Source: Candidatus Woesearchaeota archaeon CG10_big_fil_rev_8_21_14_0_10_44_13
Lineage (GTDB): Archaea; Nanobdellota; Nanobdellia; Woesearchaeales; UBA12501
DNA length: 64,000 bases
Reading direction: 5' to 3'
Assembly (NCBI GenBank): GCA_002762985.1
Contig: PCXZ01000003.1
Coordinates: forward strand, 7,464-71,463
Made by a program: the position numbers and the translations under genes. How positions within the stretch are numbered: position 1 is the first letter of the stretch; each line of letters starts with the position of its first letter. Positions 9,974 through 19,503 of the stretch are shown piece after piece. The notes below the pieces were generated by a model that did not search any database, was not told the origin of the DNA, and worked only from the letters and a program-made list of their open reading frames with translations.

Positions 9974-11428
9974 TCAGTATATCCAGCCGTGCGCTGCCTT
10001 GACCCTTTTCGTGATTGCATATATCACTTTTTTCGCATCGCTTTTTGCAGCATCTTTTGCATCCTCTAGCTCTAAGGCCTCATCCTTCGTTAGCTTGCCT
10101 ATTATCCATCCGCACTTCTTGCAGTATTTGGCTTCGTTGTTGTTCTTCGCTCCGCAGGCGGGGCATTTTATGGCGACGTTAACCGGCTTGAAAGCACCCA
10201 CAAGCTCTCCGGCGCCCCTGAAAGCCGCTCCGAACGGCCCGAGCATTGTCTCATGCGGCGCTTTCGGCTTTTCCCATTCCTTGCCCAATTCTTCCCCTGA
10301 TTCTGCAAGATATTTCTCAAGCTCTTCCCCTAAAGAGGTATATGCTGCCTGGACAGATGAGTCTATGTTGCCCAGCAGATCAAAGGCTTCCTGGTCCCTG
10401 AATTTCTTGTACTGCTCGAGCTGCTTCCTTGTCCATGAATATGCCCTGAATGTTATGACTACCCTTCCCACATGGATGGGCCCTCTCTGGTATCCCTCCT
10501 GCACGAATTTCATCTCAGGCCTTGACCTGTAATCGAAATGGACGTCCATCACTGAATAGCAAAGGCCTTTTGCAAACGGCTTCAGCGCCAGGAACTCTAT
10601 CTCTATCATCGAGCCTTCGAAAGCAGATATCAGGTTAGGGGAATCCATCTTCGACTCGTCCATAGTGAGCCTCTTTATGTTCTTCATGTAAGGCTTGACC
10701 CAGTTCATGTACATCTTTATTATGTCATAATGCTGCCTGAGGTATTTCAGCGTGAAGACCCTCCTGCTCTTGTGCTCCCTGTATGTGTGCTCTTTCCATA
10801 TGATGAATGTCTTCAGCTTCCTTGCAAGGACCTCCCTGACTTTCCTGTTGAACTTCAGGCCCTCGATATAATCCTGCACTTTTGTTGAAGACATGGGCGG
10901 AGCTGCGAAAAAAATGTCAGGCAGGGTAGTGAAACCGAGCTCCCTTGACATGCCGTACACAGATGCAGGATTTTTTGCTCCCCCTTCAACAAGGTCTATC
11001 CAATACCCTTTGAGGCTTATCTCAGAAGGCTCGTCGTTCTCATAGCTCCGGTCATACAGCTCAAGCCTCTCGTCCAATATCCTCAGCTCCCTCACGAGCT
11101 GGAACAGCTCCTTCACCATCTTCCCTATGGTCGCAAGGAACTGGCTGACCTTGTCCTGCTGCAATCCCAGTCTCTGCTGGGCAACGCCGAAAAATGCCGA
11201 GTTCTCTGAAGCTGCAAAGACATCAGTGACCTTGAGGAACTGCGAGTATTCCATCTCCTCCCTGAGATTATCCAATATCCAGAAGTAGACCTCTTCGATC
11301 GACTGGTTGTGTTTCTCATGGATGAGCCTCATCCTCTCTACGGGCTTCGGCCATCCTGTGAGCATCTTCTTATGGATGACTTCCTCTGCCTCTTCTTCCT
11401 CAAAACCGAAATCGGTCACGTGTGTCAT
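9974..11428 (-). CDS. Conserved hypothetical protein with C-terminal double zinc ribbon
   Basis: 484-aa ORF with CPACG...YCKKCG near the C-terminus. Confidence 0.85.
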   Translation of the reverse strand: MTHVTDFGFEEEEAEEVIHKKMLTGWPKPVERMRLIHEKHNQSIEEVYFWILDNLREEMEYSQFLKVTDVFAASENSAFFGVAQQRLGLQQDKVSQFLATIGKMVKELFQLVRELRILDERLELYDRSYENDEPSEISLKGYWIDLVEGGAKNPASVYGMSRELGFTTLPDIFFAAPPMSSTKVQDYIEGLKFNRKVREVLARKLKTFIIWKEHTYREHKSRRVFTLKYLRQHYDIIKMYMNWVKPYMKNIKRLTMDESKMDSPNLISAFEGSMIEIEFLALKPFAKGLCYSVMDVHFDYRSRPEMKFVQEGYQRGPIHVGRVVITFRAYSWTRKQLEQYKKFRDQEAFDLLGNIDSSVQAAYTSLGEELEKYLAESGEELGKEWEKPKAPHETMLGPFGAAFRGAGELVGAFKPVNVAIKCPACGAKNNNEAKYCKKCGWIIGKLTKDEALELEDAKDAAKSDAKKVIYAITKRVKAAHGWIY

Positions 11429-11525
11429 TTTGATTGCATCCCTTGTTTTGTGTGCTTTGATTATTTAAATACTTTTTGATGTTTTGGCCGGGTTTTTCTT
11501 TTATCTTTCTTTACCCTTTTTATCC

Positions 11526-11837
11526 TTATTCGTCTTCTTTCGTTCTCTCCTTGTACAATACTGCGATGAAGCCTACCTGATGGACCAGATGCGATCCGGT
11601 CATCCCTGCTATCTCTTTTGCGAGCTCTTTCTTGCTTTTCTGCTCCATGGACTGCTTCAGGAACTTGACTTTTATCAGGCCCTTGTTCTTGAGCTGTTTT
11701 TTCGCCTCCTGTATGACTGTTTCTGTGATGCCGGCCTTGCCTATCCATACTACCGGCCCAAGGTCATAGCTCGCTGCTTTCAGCTGCTTTATCTTCTCGT
11801 TGCTCAATCCGTCCTCATCATTGTTCCCGTTTTTCAT
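11526..11837 (-). CDS. yhbY: YhbY/CRM-domain RNA-binding protein
   Basis: L.PVVWIGKAGITE...GLIKVKFL...VHQVG..AVLY is the CRM signature. Confidence 0.9.
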   Translation of the reverse strand: MKNGNNDEDGLSNEKIKQLKAASYDLGPVVWIGKAGITETVIQEAKKQLKNKGLIKVKFLKQSMEQKSKKELAKEIAGMTGSHLVHQVGFIAVLYKERTKEDE

Positions 11838-11893
11838 CCTTATCCCCTTTTTTATCGTTATCTTTTATTATTGCCATCGTCCGTGATGTCTTC

Positions 11894-13591
11894 TCATGCC
11901 TTTCTCGGGTGCTCGTGCTCAAGCTCGATCCTCTTCTTCAGCTCATTGATCTGCTCAAGCTTCGTAAGGCTCACTTTCCTGTAATCTCCCTGCGTCTCCT
12001 CTATCAATGTTGATACTTTCTCCCCTCCGAGGAAGTACGGCAATATCACATAGTCCGCCCCTTCCCTGTACAATATGAGGGCATCTTCTATCACTGATGC
12101 CGTAAGGTAGACGATTGCGCGGGGGTTTTCCCTCTTCACCTTTTTCAGCAGGAAGGTATTATCCTTGATGTCAGGCACAGTCGATATGACAAGCTCTGTC
12201 TTCCTGAGATCCAGCCTGTTAAGTATCTCGGAATCCCCTATGTCCCCGTATATGCACTGTATTTTCCTGGAGATCATCCTTTTTATTATGTCTGGATTGA
12301 AATCTATCACAAGGAAGCTCTTCTTCTGTTTTGTCAGCATCTTGAATATGTTGTAGCCTATCCTGTCGTAGCCTACCAGGACAACATCATATTTCAGCTC
12401 CTGGGGGAGGTACTGGAGATTCTCGCATGTCTCCTTGACATCGAACAGGGCCAGCGGTCTTGAGAATTTCTCGTAGATCCCGCTCTCGAATTTTATCATG
12501 TAGGATGTTATGGTTATCGTGATCACTGCTATTATCACCATCAGGGAAAAAGTCTCATTCGAGACATAGCCTGAAGCAAGACCCTGCGCAGCTATTATCA
12601 TGGAGAACTCGGATATCTGTACCAGGGATATTGCAGTGAGGAATGACGTGCGCTTGGTATACCTGAATAAGGCGGATATGATCATGAGGACCAATGGCTT
12701 GAATATGAGCACTATCACAAGGAATGCTGCCAAAGGGATCATTATCCTGCTGAAGCTCGAAAGGACGACGCCCAGGCCGAGTGACACGAAGAATAATGTC
12801 ACGAAAAAATCCCGCAGAGACCTCACTTTTCCCACTATCTCTATGTTATAGGGGAGGTTTGCAAGGCTTATGCCCGCTATGAATGCCCCTATCGCTATCG
12901 AGAACCCTATGTATGAGACAAGTATCGAGAACAGGAAGCATATCCCCAATGACAGCAGCAGCAGCAGCTCCTGTGATTCTGCCGCTTTCTTAAATATCGA
13001 GGGGAAAAGATATTTGCTTGAGAGGTATGCTAGGACTATGAGCGCAGCTGCTTTTGCAAGCGAAAGGAGGATGAATGCAGCTGATATCCCTTTCAGCGTG
13101 ATGAGGGTGGATAATGCGAACAGCGCTATCACATCCTGTATGAGGAGTATCCCGACGACGATCCTGCTGTGCAGAGTCTCCAGTTCGCCTTTGTCAGACA
13201 GCAGCTTCACTACGACCATTGTCGAGCTGAATGAGAGTATCATCCCTATGTATATGGCTTCAATGCCGCCATAGCCGAGCATGACTGCCACCCAGAATCC
13301 TGTAAGCGCGACCAGTATGACCTGCAATACACCCATCACTATCGCAGCAACACCTGTGTCCCTGAGCTTATTTATGTTGAGTTCCAGGCCCACTATGAAC
13401 AGGAGGAAAGCTATGCCTATCTCGCTCATCGTCTTTATGACATCAGAACCTGTTATCAATCCAAGGATCGGGCCCAGGAGTATGCCCGCAAAGATATATA
13501 CAGGGATGATGGGCTGCTTCATGAGCTTTGCTATGTAAGCGCCTATTGTGGCTATTATGAACATGATGCCGATCTGGAAAAATATGTCCAT
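11894..13591 (-). CDS. CPA2 cation:proton antiporter (Kef-like) with C-terminal TrkA-N/RCK domain
   Basis: About 13 TM helices, motifs SFSSTMVVVKLL, ILLIQD and QISEFS. RCK motifs VGYDRIG and IYGD. Confidence 0.92.
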   Translation of the reverse strand: MDIFFQIGIMFIIATIGAYIAKLMKQPIIPVYIFAGILLGPILGLITGSDVIKTMSEIGIAFLLFIVGLELNINKLRDTGVAAIVMGVLQVILVALTGFWVAVMLGYGGIEAIYIGMILSFSSTMVVVKLLSDKGELETLHSRIVVGILLIQDVIALFALSTLITLKGISAAFILLSLAKAAALIVLAYLSSKYLFPSIFKKAAESQELLLLLSLGICFLFSILVSYIGFSIAIGAFIAGISLANLPYNIEIVGKVRSLRDFFVTLFFVSLGLGVVLSSFSRIMIPLAAFLVIVLIFKPLVLMIISALFRYTKRTSFLTAISLVQISEFSMIIAAQGLASGYVSNETFSLMVIIAVITITITSYMIKFESGIYEKFSRPLALFDVKETCENLQYLPQELKYDVVLVGYDRIGYNIFKMLTKQKKSFLVIDFNPDIIKRMISRKIQCIYGDIGDSEILNRLDLRKTELVISTVPDIKDNTFLLKKVKRENPRAIVYLTASVIEDALILYREGADYVILPYFLGGEKVSTLIEETQGDYRKVSLTKLEQINELKKRIELEHEHPRKA

Positions 13592-13617
13592 GCTTGTCCT
13601 CTTTTTTTATTTATTTT

Positions 13618-14436
13618 TTATCTTAATACTAAATGTAGATTCTCTACGATATCCGAAGCGATGAATGTCCTGCCTCTCTTCTTCAGCAAATAGTCTCCCA
13701 CTTTTCCGTTGAGATAAGCGGCCATGCATGCTGACCTGAACAGGTCTCTTGTCTGGGCAAGAAACCCTGCGCACAGTCCTGCAAGCACATCTCCTGTGCC
13801 TCCTTTTGTCATGACAGGATTGCCTGTGCTGTTGTAGGCGATCTTATCCTTTGAGACTATCATATCTATAGGGCCTTTCAGCAACATCACATTATTCCTG
13901 AGCTTTTTCCTGTAATCATCGCTTTTCAGCCTGCTGTTCTTCAGCAATATCTCAAATTCCTTCCTATGGGGGGTGAGTATCGAGTTATCGACGTCCTGCA
14001 GCCTTATCGCCTTCAGGGCGTCCGCATCTATCACCATGGGCTTTTTCATCCTGGTCAGATTCTTCACGACCTTTTTTATGAAAGCCATTGTCTCTTTTTT
14101 CCTGCCTATGCCGCAGCCGATCTGGATCACGTCTGCTTTTCTTGCTTCTTTTATGATATCATTTGAATGTCTCATCGTAAAATAATCCCCTTTGTACTTC
14201 TTTGTTATTATGTCCGGGCTCAATGCATTCGCAGCCCAAGCGACCTTGGCAGGGGCAGCTAGTTTGGCGATATCTGCCCCTGCTCGTAGGACGCTCTTGG
14301 CAGCTGTCGCTGCCAATATTGGCGCTCCTGCAAAATCTGCACTTCCTCCGATAATCATGACTGTGCCGAAGTCCCCCTTATGCGAGGCTTTCTTTCTCTT
14401 CGGCATCTTTAGGATTGATTGTGTGAGGTATCTCAT
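13618..14436 (-). CDS. nnrD: ADP/ATP-dependent NAD(P)H-hydrate dehydratase
   Basis: SHKGDFG..IIGGS, VIDADAL, LTPH..EF, LLKG and GGTGDVLAG. Confidence 0.93.
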   Translation of the reverse strand: MRYLTQSILKMPKRKKASHKGDFGTVMIIGGSADFAGAPILAATAAKSVLRAGADIAKLAAPAKVAWAANALSPDIITKKYKGDYFTMRHSNDIIKEARKADVIQIGCGIGRKKETMAFIKKVVKNLTRMKKPMVIDADALKAIRLQDVDNSILTPHRKEFEILLKNSRLKSDDYRKKLRNNVMLLKGPIDMIVSKDKIAYNSTGNPVMTKGGTGDVLAGLCAGFLAQTRDLFRSACMAAYLNGKVGDYLLKKRGRTFIASDIVENLHLVLR

Positions 14437-14499
14437 TTTTGCCAGGTCTTTATCGTTTTTATCTTGTATCTTAATCTTATCATCATCTTTATCATCTCA

Positions 14500-14676
14500 T
14501 CATCCTATCTCATCAAGATAATCCTGCTGCGGCGATGCGACAGGCGAATTGAAAAGCATGCACAGGTTCCTTGTCTTCATCCTGTGGCTTATCACGATGT
14601 CCCTCAGCTCTTCGAAATCTGCGAGCTTCCTGTTCCCCATCGCTGCCTTTGCGGTCTTCACTTTCTTCAGCTTCAT
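14500..14676 (-). CDS. Small hypothetical protein (58 aa, not in ORF track)
   Basis: MKLKKVKTAKAAMGNRK...YLDEIG. Start overlaps the stop of the upstream AbrB-like gene (ATGA). Confidence 0.5.
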   Translation of the reverse strand: MKLKKVKTAKAAMGNRKLADFEELRDIVISHRMKTRNLCMLFNSPVASPQQDYLDEIG

Positions 14677-14837
14677 CCATTCACCTCTTCTTCCCCTTTC
14701 TTCGAGAGGATTATATTCCCCTTGCTGTCAATGCTGACCTTGATGTCATTGCCTTTGGCCCACCCCATCGCATCTATCAGTGCCTTCGGCAGGGTTATCT
14801 TGTACTGCTTGTTGAGATCGAACTGGAGTTTTACCAT
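14673..14837 (-). CDS. AbrB/MazE/SpoVT-family DNA-binding protein
   Basis: MVKLQ...QYKITLPKALIDAMGWAKGNDIKVSID, a swapped-hairpin signature. Confidence 0.85.
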   Translation of the reverse strand: MVKLQFDLNKQYKITLPKALIDAMGWAKGNDIKVSIDSKGNIILSKKGEEEVNG

Positions 14838-15134
14838 TCTTTCTGCGCCAAATCTTTCCTGACTGATTTTATTTACTTTAATTATGTATAATTTAAGGTA
14901 TCTTTCTATATACAACTATATGTTTTTTTTAAGGTATTTAATTATACATATATAAATATTTCGATTTTAAAGGCTTCAGATTGTGTTTTGAGAGATTTTG
15001 ACTAGGTTTTTGTAGTAACTATTTAGTGGTTAATAATGGAAAGGTTTATATAGGAGTAGTATTTAGTACTCTGAAGTGGTTTTGTATAAGAAATATGTAT
15101 GGAAAAAGATAAAAAGGTATGAAAGAGGAATAAG

Positions 15135-15826
15135 ATGGATGAAAGACCTAGAAGAGAATTTTTAGGAAACCTATGGACAGGCGCAAAGGCAGCAGCAGGC
15201 ATCTCTACGGCTTCGAAGGTGTTGGAGCTATTGCTTCCTGATAACGCAGTCGCTCAAGAAGAACAGCCATCAAGATCCCTTGGTCATGAAGCAAACGGGT
15301 ACATATTGACTGTCGAAGGTTATTATGATGCAGACAAGATGATCCAGGCAGATGATACATTCAAGCTGCTTGAGTTCTTCATCAGGAAACCGACTGTCAT
15401 AAACAACAAGGTCTATTTCGAATATATATCCCCCTCCCCGGCAGAAGACCATCAAGGCAAGACAGGCATACTTACAGGAGAAGAACCTCGTTTGGATGGT
15501 TCAAGAAAATTTATCTATTCCCCAGGAAGCATGTATATAAACAGATCAGGTGACATACAACCGGTCCTACTGCATGAATTCGGCCATTGCTGGTTTAAAT
15601 TCATGGATTTCCTTGTGGACAAAGAATGGGTGGATGCATTCAACAAAGTTTATTGTTCTTCAAAACCAAAAAAACAGGTGAGATCCAGGCGAAGATGTTC
15701 ATGAATCATGTCTTGACTAAAGAACATTCTGATCTGCTTCAGGATGGGTTCAGGATATATAATGCTTATGTTGAGAAAGCGAAGGACGACCTAAGAACTA
15801 AAATCTTAGCACCAATTAATCGCTGA
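15135..15826 (+). pseudogene. Tat-signal HExxH metallopeptidase-like gene, apparently split by a frameshift
   Basis: PRREFLG twin-arginine motif, AVA-Q cleavage site and LLHEFGH. Frame ends at 15704, but the -1 frame continues to 15826 after an A7 run at 15668-15674. Confidence 0.5.
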
Positions 15827-15862
15827 ACAAATCAAAACTTTTTGAGGATAAACAATAACAAA

Positions 15863-16006
15863 ATGAAACACAAGCTATCAATATCAATGGATGAGGAGAC
15901 TATCCTTGCGCTGTTCGACAAGATCAGGCAGAGCAAGGGAGATCTCAGGAACAAGAGCCATGCTATAGAGATGGCTGTGAAGAAGTTTGTCGAGGGGAAC
16001 CAATGA
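15863..16006 (+). CDS. Ribbon-helix-helix DNA-binding protein (47 aa, not in ORF track)
   Basis: MKHKLSISMDEETI...RNKSHAIEMAVKKF. ATGA overlap with the next gene. Confidence 0.75.
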   Translation: MKHKLSISMDEETILALFDKIRQSKGDLRNKSHAIEMAVKKFVEGNQ

Positions 16007-16665
16007 TTGATCCTAGATCAGAAAAAACGAGAAGATCATCGATATTCTCAAGGAGGAGACCGGATGAAGATGCCCCTAAAGAGAATGATCAGAAGAAATT
16101 ATATCTTATCGTAGATGTGGGGGGACAGCCTTTCGCCCTTGATTATAATCTTTTAAAAACAGATATAAAGCCGATGGATTACCTCAAGATCGCAAAAAGG
16201 CAGGATTCAGGCCTTTATCTCCTGACGGACCAGAAGAGGACGAAGCATGGCACTGGCACGATAAGCCACCAGTTATTGCCGGTCTACCTTGCAGGCGTCC
16301 TGGGCTTAGAAGAGAGCATAGACCATGACTCAAAGCATTATATGCTGATAAAGAGGAGCCTTACAGGGATCCCGACGCATATCCCTGATGAGAAAACAGG
16401 GAAAAAGACAGAGCTCAACTTCAGCCTTGCGCTCATAGCGGGGAAAAGGCCAGATTTCATGGCATTCGACGATAAGAGCACCAGGAGGTTGCCTTCAACT
16501 TATTGCCCTGCAGGGATTGTAGATAAAGAGAGGGTGATCCCCATAATCGATCTTGAAGTCTCGCTGAACAGGTTCACTGACAGGTTCTGCCAGATCTATC
16601 CTGAGCTTTCGCAGTATTATCCTTTCAGCAAAGATTTCAAATATAAGGAGTCTGACGGATTTTGA
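16003..16665 (+). CDS. Hypothetical protein, divergent CheW-like
   Basis: YLIVDVGGQPFAL near the N-terminus and GIV...RVIPIIDLE near the C-terminus resemble CheW ends. Confidence 0.55.
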   Translation: MIDPRSEKTRRSSIFSRRRPDEDAPKENDQKKLYLIVDVGGQPFALDYNLLKTDIKPMDYLKIAKRQDSGLYLLTDQKRTKHGTGTISHQLLPVYLAGVLGLEESIDHDSKHYMLIKRSLTGIPTHIPDEKTGKKTELNFSLALIAGKRPDFMAFDDKSTRRLPSTYCPAGIVDKERVIPIIDLEVSLNRFTDRFCQIYPELSQYYPFSKDFKYKESDGF

Positions 16666-16691
16666 GCTTCTAGGCAGGCCTATTGGGAAAA

Positions 16692-17495
16692 TCACTTCCT
16701 GACCTTGGCTCCGCCGGAAGGTATGACTTTGATTATATCGTCCAGGTCTCCGCCGATCTTCGCCCTTATCTTCTTCGCTGTCTCAGAAGTCTTCTCATTC
16801 CCCTGCGAGATCTCCACATACTTCTTGCAGTGCGCCTTGACTGCATTGACAGAAGCGCCCATCACCCTGCCGTCATCAAGCATGCCTATGGCGATATTCA
16901 GCCTCGGCTTCACGTAATTCGTCTTGCCCCTGATCATGAAAGCGCCTTTCGGAAGGAATTCCCCTGGCTGCGCTGTCTTGGAAACCTGATCGGGATTCAC
17001 CCAGAAAACCTCTGTTGTGGACATGCCTAATTTCCATGCCCTAGAATAAGCGCATGTAGTGTCTGCAACCTCCTGCAGTGTCTTTTCTGTGGGCTTTTTG
17101 CCTGGCTGAGAATTAGCCTTCACTATGAAGAACGGCGAGCCCGCCATGTCAGTATGGAACACAAGATCATCCTTTTCAGCGTGCTTCTTTATCATGATCT
17201 CGTTCGTCGTGGCATCCCTGCCTCCGACAACAAGGAAACCTTCAGAGCTGAAGAACCACCTGAATTTCTCGTACCATTCCTGCTTCCTTGCCTTCTTCTT
17301 CTCGACAGCCTTCTTCTGCTCTTCTTTCTTCACAAGCCTCTCTTTTTCCTCATGATGCAGCCTCTCAAGCTTTTCCCTTGCAGAGGCTATCGCTTTGTTT
17401 ATGCCGTCTATCTTTCTCCTGGCCTTCTTGGCCTTCTCGAAGTACACCTCGGCGTTCTGTTCCACTGATTTGTTCAGGTCAAGCTCCATCTGCAT
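16692..17495 (-). CDS. NFACT-R (DUF814) RNA-binding protein, truncated Rqc2/NEMF-like
   Basis: WYEKFRWFFSSEGFLVVGGRDATTNE, FHTD..GSPF and GEFLPKGAFMIRG. Start reassigned to MQMELD. Confidence 0.9.
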   Translation of the reverse strand: MQMELDLNKSVEQNAEVYFEKAKKARRKIDGINKAIASAREKLERLHHEEKERLVKKEEQKKAVEKKKARKQEWYEKFRWFFSSEGFLVVGGRDATTNEIMIKKHAEKDDLVFHTDMAGSPFFIVKANSQPGKKPTEKTLQEVADTTCAYSRAWKLGMSTTEVFWVNPDQVSKTAQPGEFLPKGAFMIRGKTNYVKPRLNIAIGMLDDGRVMGASVNAVKAHCKKYVEISQGNEKTSETAKKIRAKIGGDLDDIIKVIPSGGAKVRK

Positions 17496-17599
17496 GATGG
17501 AGATGATGTAGGGCTTGTTTTTAAGGTTTTTGGTCGGGAAGGGAGAGATTTGTTTGATAATATTTCTTATTGAGATGGAGAAAGTGTGCAATTTTTTCC

Positions 17600-17698
17600 T
17601 CAAAAACCGTCCCGCCCCTATCTGATAAACTGACGGACATCCCACCCCGTCGCATGAATGTGCTCAGAAGTTGCATCGGAGAGCACAGACATTTGAAA
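17600..17698. repeat. Dispersed ~95-bp non-coding repeat, copy 1 (copy 2 at 46443)
   Basis: CAAAAACCG.CCC.CCCCTATCTGATAAAC...ATCCC.CCCCGTCGCATGAATGTGCTCAGAAG...G.GCACA is shared between the copies. Confidence 0.85.
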
Positions 17699-17774
17699 GC
17701 GAGGCAGCAACGAAAAGTTTACAATTTTTCTAGTTCCAAAACAGTATGTGTTATAACAACAGAAAACTCCTGGT

Positions 17775-18180
17775 TTAGCTGCTTCGCTTCGTTCAGCAGC
17801 AATGGCGCGCTGGGAAGACAAAAATTTCAAGGATTCTTGGGGATCTAATCCAAATCCGCAGAAATTTTTGGCTGACAGGGCAAGCTTTTTTACTGTCCAT
17901 TTTTTCTCAAGTAAAAAAGTTGTCCGTGAGCGCCGCCAATATTGCTGCTGCCCTGATAATATGTCATGAAAATCCGCAAAAGCGCCCTACCAAGCACCGA
18001 AGTGCTTGGCTTGATCGGACGCTTTTATTTATAACGGATCCCATAAAAACACGAAGTGTTTTTAGGGTGCCAAAAATCCCAAAAGGATTTTTGTGCATTC
18101 AGGACGCTGAAAACCCAGAGAATGCAAAGATGGACCCATTCATCCGCAGATTGAAATCTGCGGCTTTCTGGGTTTTCCTC
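17775..18180. repeat. Intergenic array of nested palindromes (REP-like)
   Basis: Hairpins include AAGCAC-CGAA-GTGCTT, AAAAACAC-GAA-GTGTTTTT, CAAAAATCC-CAAAA-GGATTTTTG, CCGCAGAT-TGAA-ATCTGCGG and AAAACCCAGA...TCTGGGTTTT. Confidence 0.75.
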
Positions 18181-18254
18181 GTAAAAAATAACCATAGTCT
18201 CAAAAACTCCATCAAAAAGAGTATCTATATAAACAACCTCATATTTAACCCCTT

Positions 18255-18572
18255 ATGGTCGTCAGATACAAGCAAAAATGCACCCGCTGCAAGAAAAACT
18301 ACGTTCTTTCGGGCTGGAGGGACAGGTACCCTTTATGCTATGAATGCCAGAAAAGCGAGCTTGTGGGCAATATAAAGGATCCTAAGATGAAGAAACTGTT
18401 CAATATCCCTGAAGAGTATTACAGGGAAAACGCCTTCCTCAGGAACATAAAGATAACCTACCTAAAATTCAAGAGGCTCACTGACCCGCAGATCGAGGCT
18501 TTCAAGAAGGTCGCCAAGAAGATGAAAGATGAGAAAGCCGGCATCAAAAGCGATGATAAGAAGAACAGATAG
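18255..18572 (+). CDS. Hypothetical zinc-finger protein
   Basis: CTRC...CYEC. ATG lies just downstream of a TATATAAA box. Confidence 0.8.
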   Translation: MVVRYKQKCTRCKKNYVLSGWRDRYPLCYECQKSELVGNIKDPKMKKLFNIPEEYYRENAFLRNIKITYLKFKRLTDPQIEAFKKVAKKMKDEKAGIKSDDKKNR

Positions 18573-18580
18573 GGTGCCGG

Positions 18581-19321
18581 ATGGAGATTTCTGTTATCGC
18601 ATCAGGAAGCAATGGGAACTGCTGCCTGGTTGAAGAGAAAGATGTTTCTATACTAATTGACGCAGGGAAGAGCTGCAGGGAGATAGAAAAACGCATGAAT
18701 TCCATGGGAAAAAGCCTTGAGAATGTCAATGCATTGCTCATCACACATTCCCATTATGACCATTGCTCAAGCGTAGGGATTGTCTCAAAGAGATACGGCC
18801 TTCCGATATACCTTATGAAAGATGTCCACTCATTGATCGATGACAAGGTAAGCGAAGCTGAAAAGAGATTCATCTCTCCAGGGAAAAGCTTCACGGTAAA
18901 AGGCGTTGAGATAAGGCCTGTCGCTACTTCGCATAATGTCCCTTCGTGCGGGTTCGTCATAGGCGGGTTCGGACTGTTCACCGACACAGGCATTGTGACC
19001 AGGGAGATGGAAGCGATGTTCCCGAAGCTCAGGTGCGCCCTGCTGGAATCAAACCATGACATCGACATGCTCATAAACGGGGCTTACCCTGCATTCCTGA
19101 AGCAGCTGATATTGTCGGACAGGGGCCATCTCAGCAATGTGCACGCAAGCAAGTTCATACAGGAGAAAGGGCAGAATCTCTCGCATGTCCTTCTGGGCCA
19201 TCTTTCTGGAAATAACAATACGCCTAAGGCAGCAAGAGCCGCATTTGAAACCCTTGTCAAGAGGAAGATCGACTGCCATATCTGCTCAAGGGAGAGCATA
19301 AGCGGAAGCTGGGTAATTTGA
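18581..19321 (+). CDS. MBL-fold metallo-hydrolase (YycJ/WalJ/PhnP-like)
   Basis: ASGSNGN, THSHYDH, TDTG, ESNHD, GHLSN and GHLS. Confidence 0.92.
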   Translation: MEISVIASGSNGNCCLVEEKDVSILIDAGKSCREIEKRMNSMGKSLENVNALLITHSHYDHCSSVGIVSKRYGLPIYLMKDVHSLIDDKVSEAEKRFISPGKSFTVKGVEIRPVATSHNVPSCGFVIGGFGLFTDTGIVTREMEAMFPKLRCALLESNHDIDMLINGAYPAFLKQLILSDRGHLSNVHASKFIQEKGQNLSHVLLGHLSGNNNTPKAARAAFETLVKRKIDCHICSRESISGSWVI

Positions 19322-19503
19322 GAAAAAAGCCGGGAAAGAAGGTTTGATTCTGATCGGGTATTTATCGATGCATGGGCATATGACTGATATGGTCATATAG
19401 GATGATTGAAGATTTTAGGGGGTATCAGTACCGGGATTTGTTGCAAACTTTATAGTAGTTACAGATAGAAATATTTATATAAAGAAAATAAACTTTTACT
19501 GTT

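Noticed and set aside
17920-18375. 151-aa ORF and nearby short ORFs
   Set aside because: They run through the palindrome array and overlap the better-supported 18255 gene.
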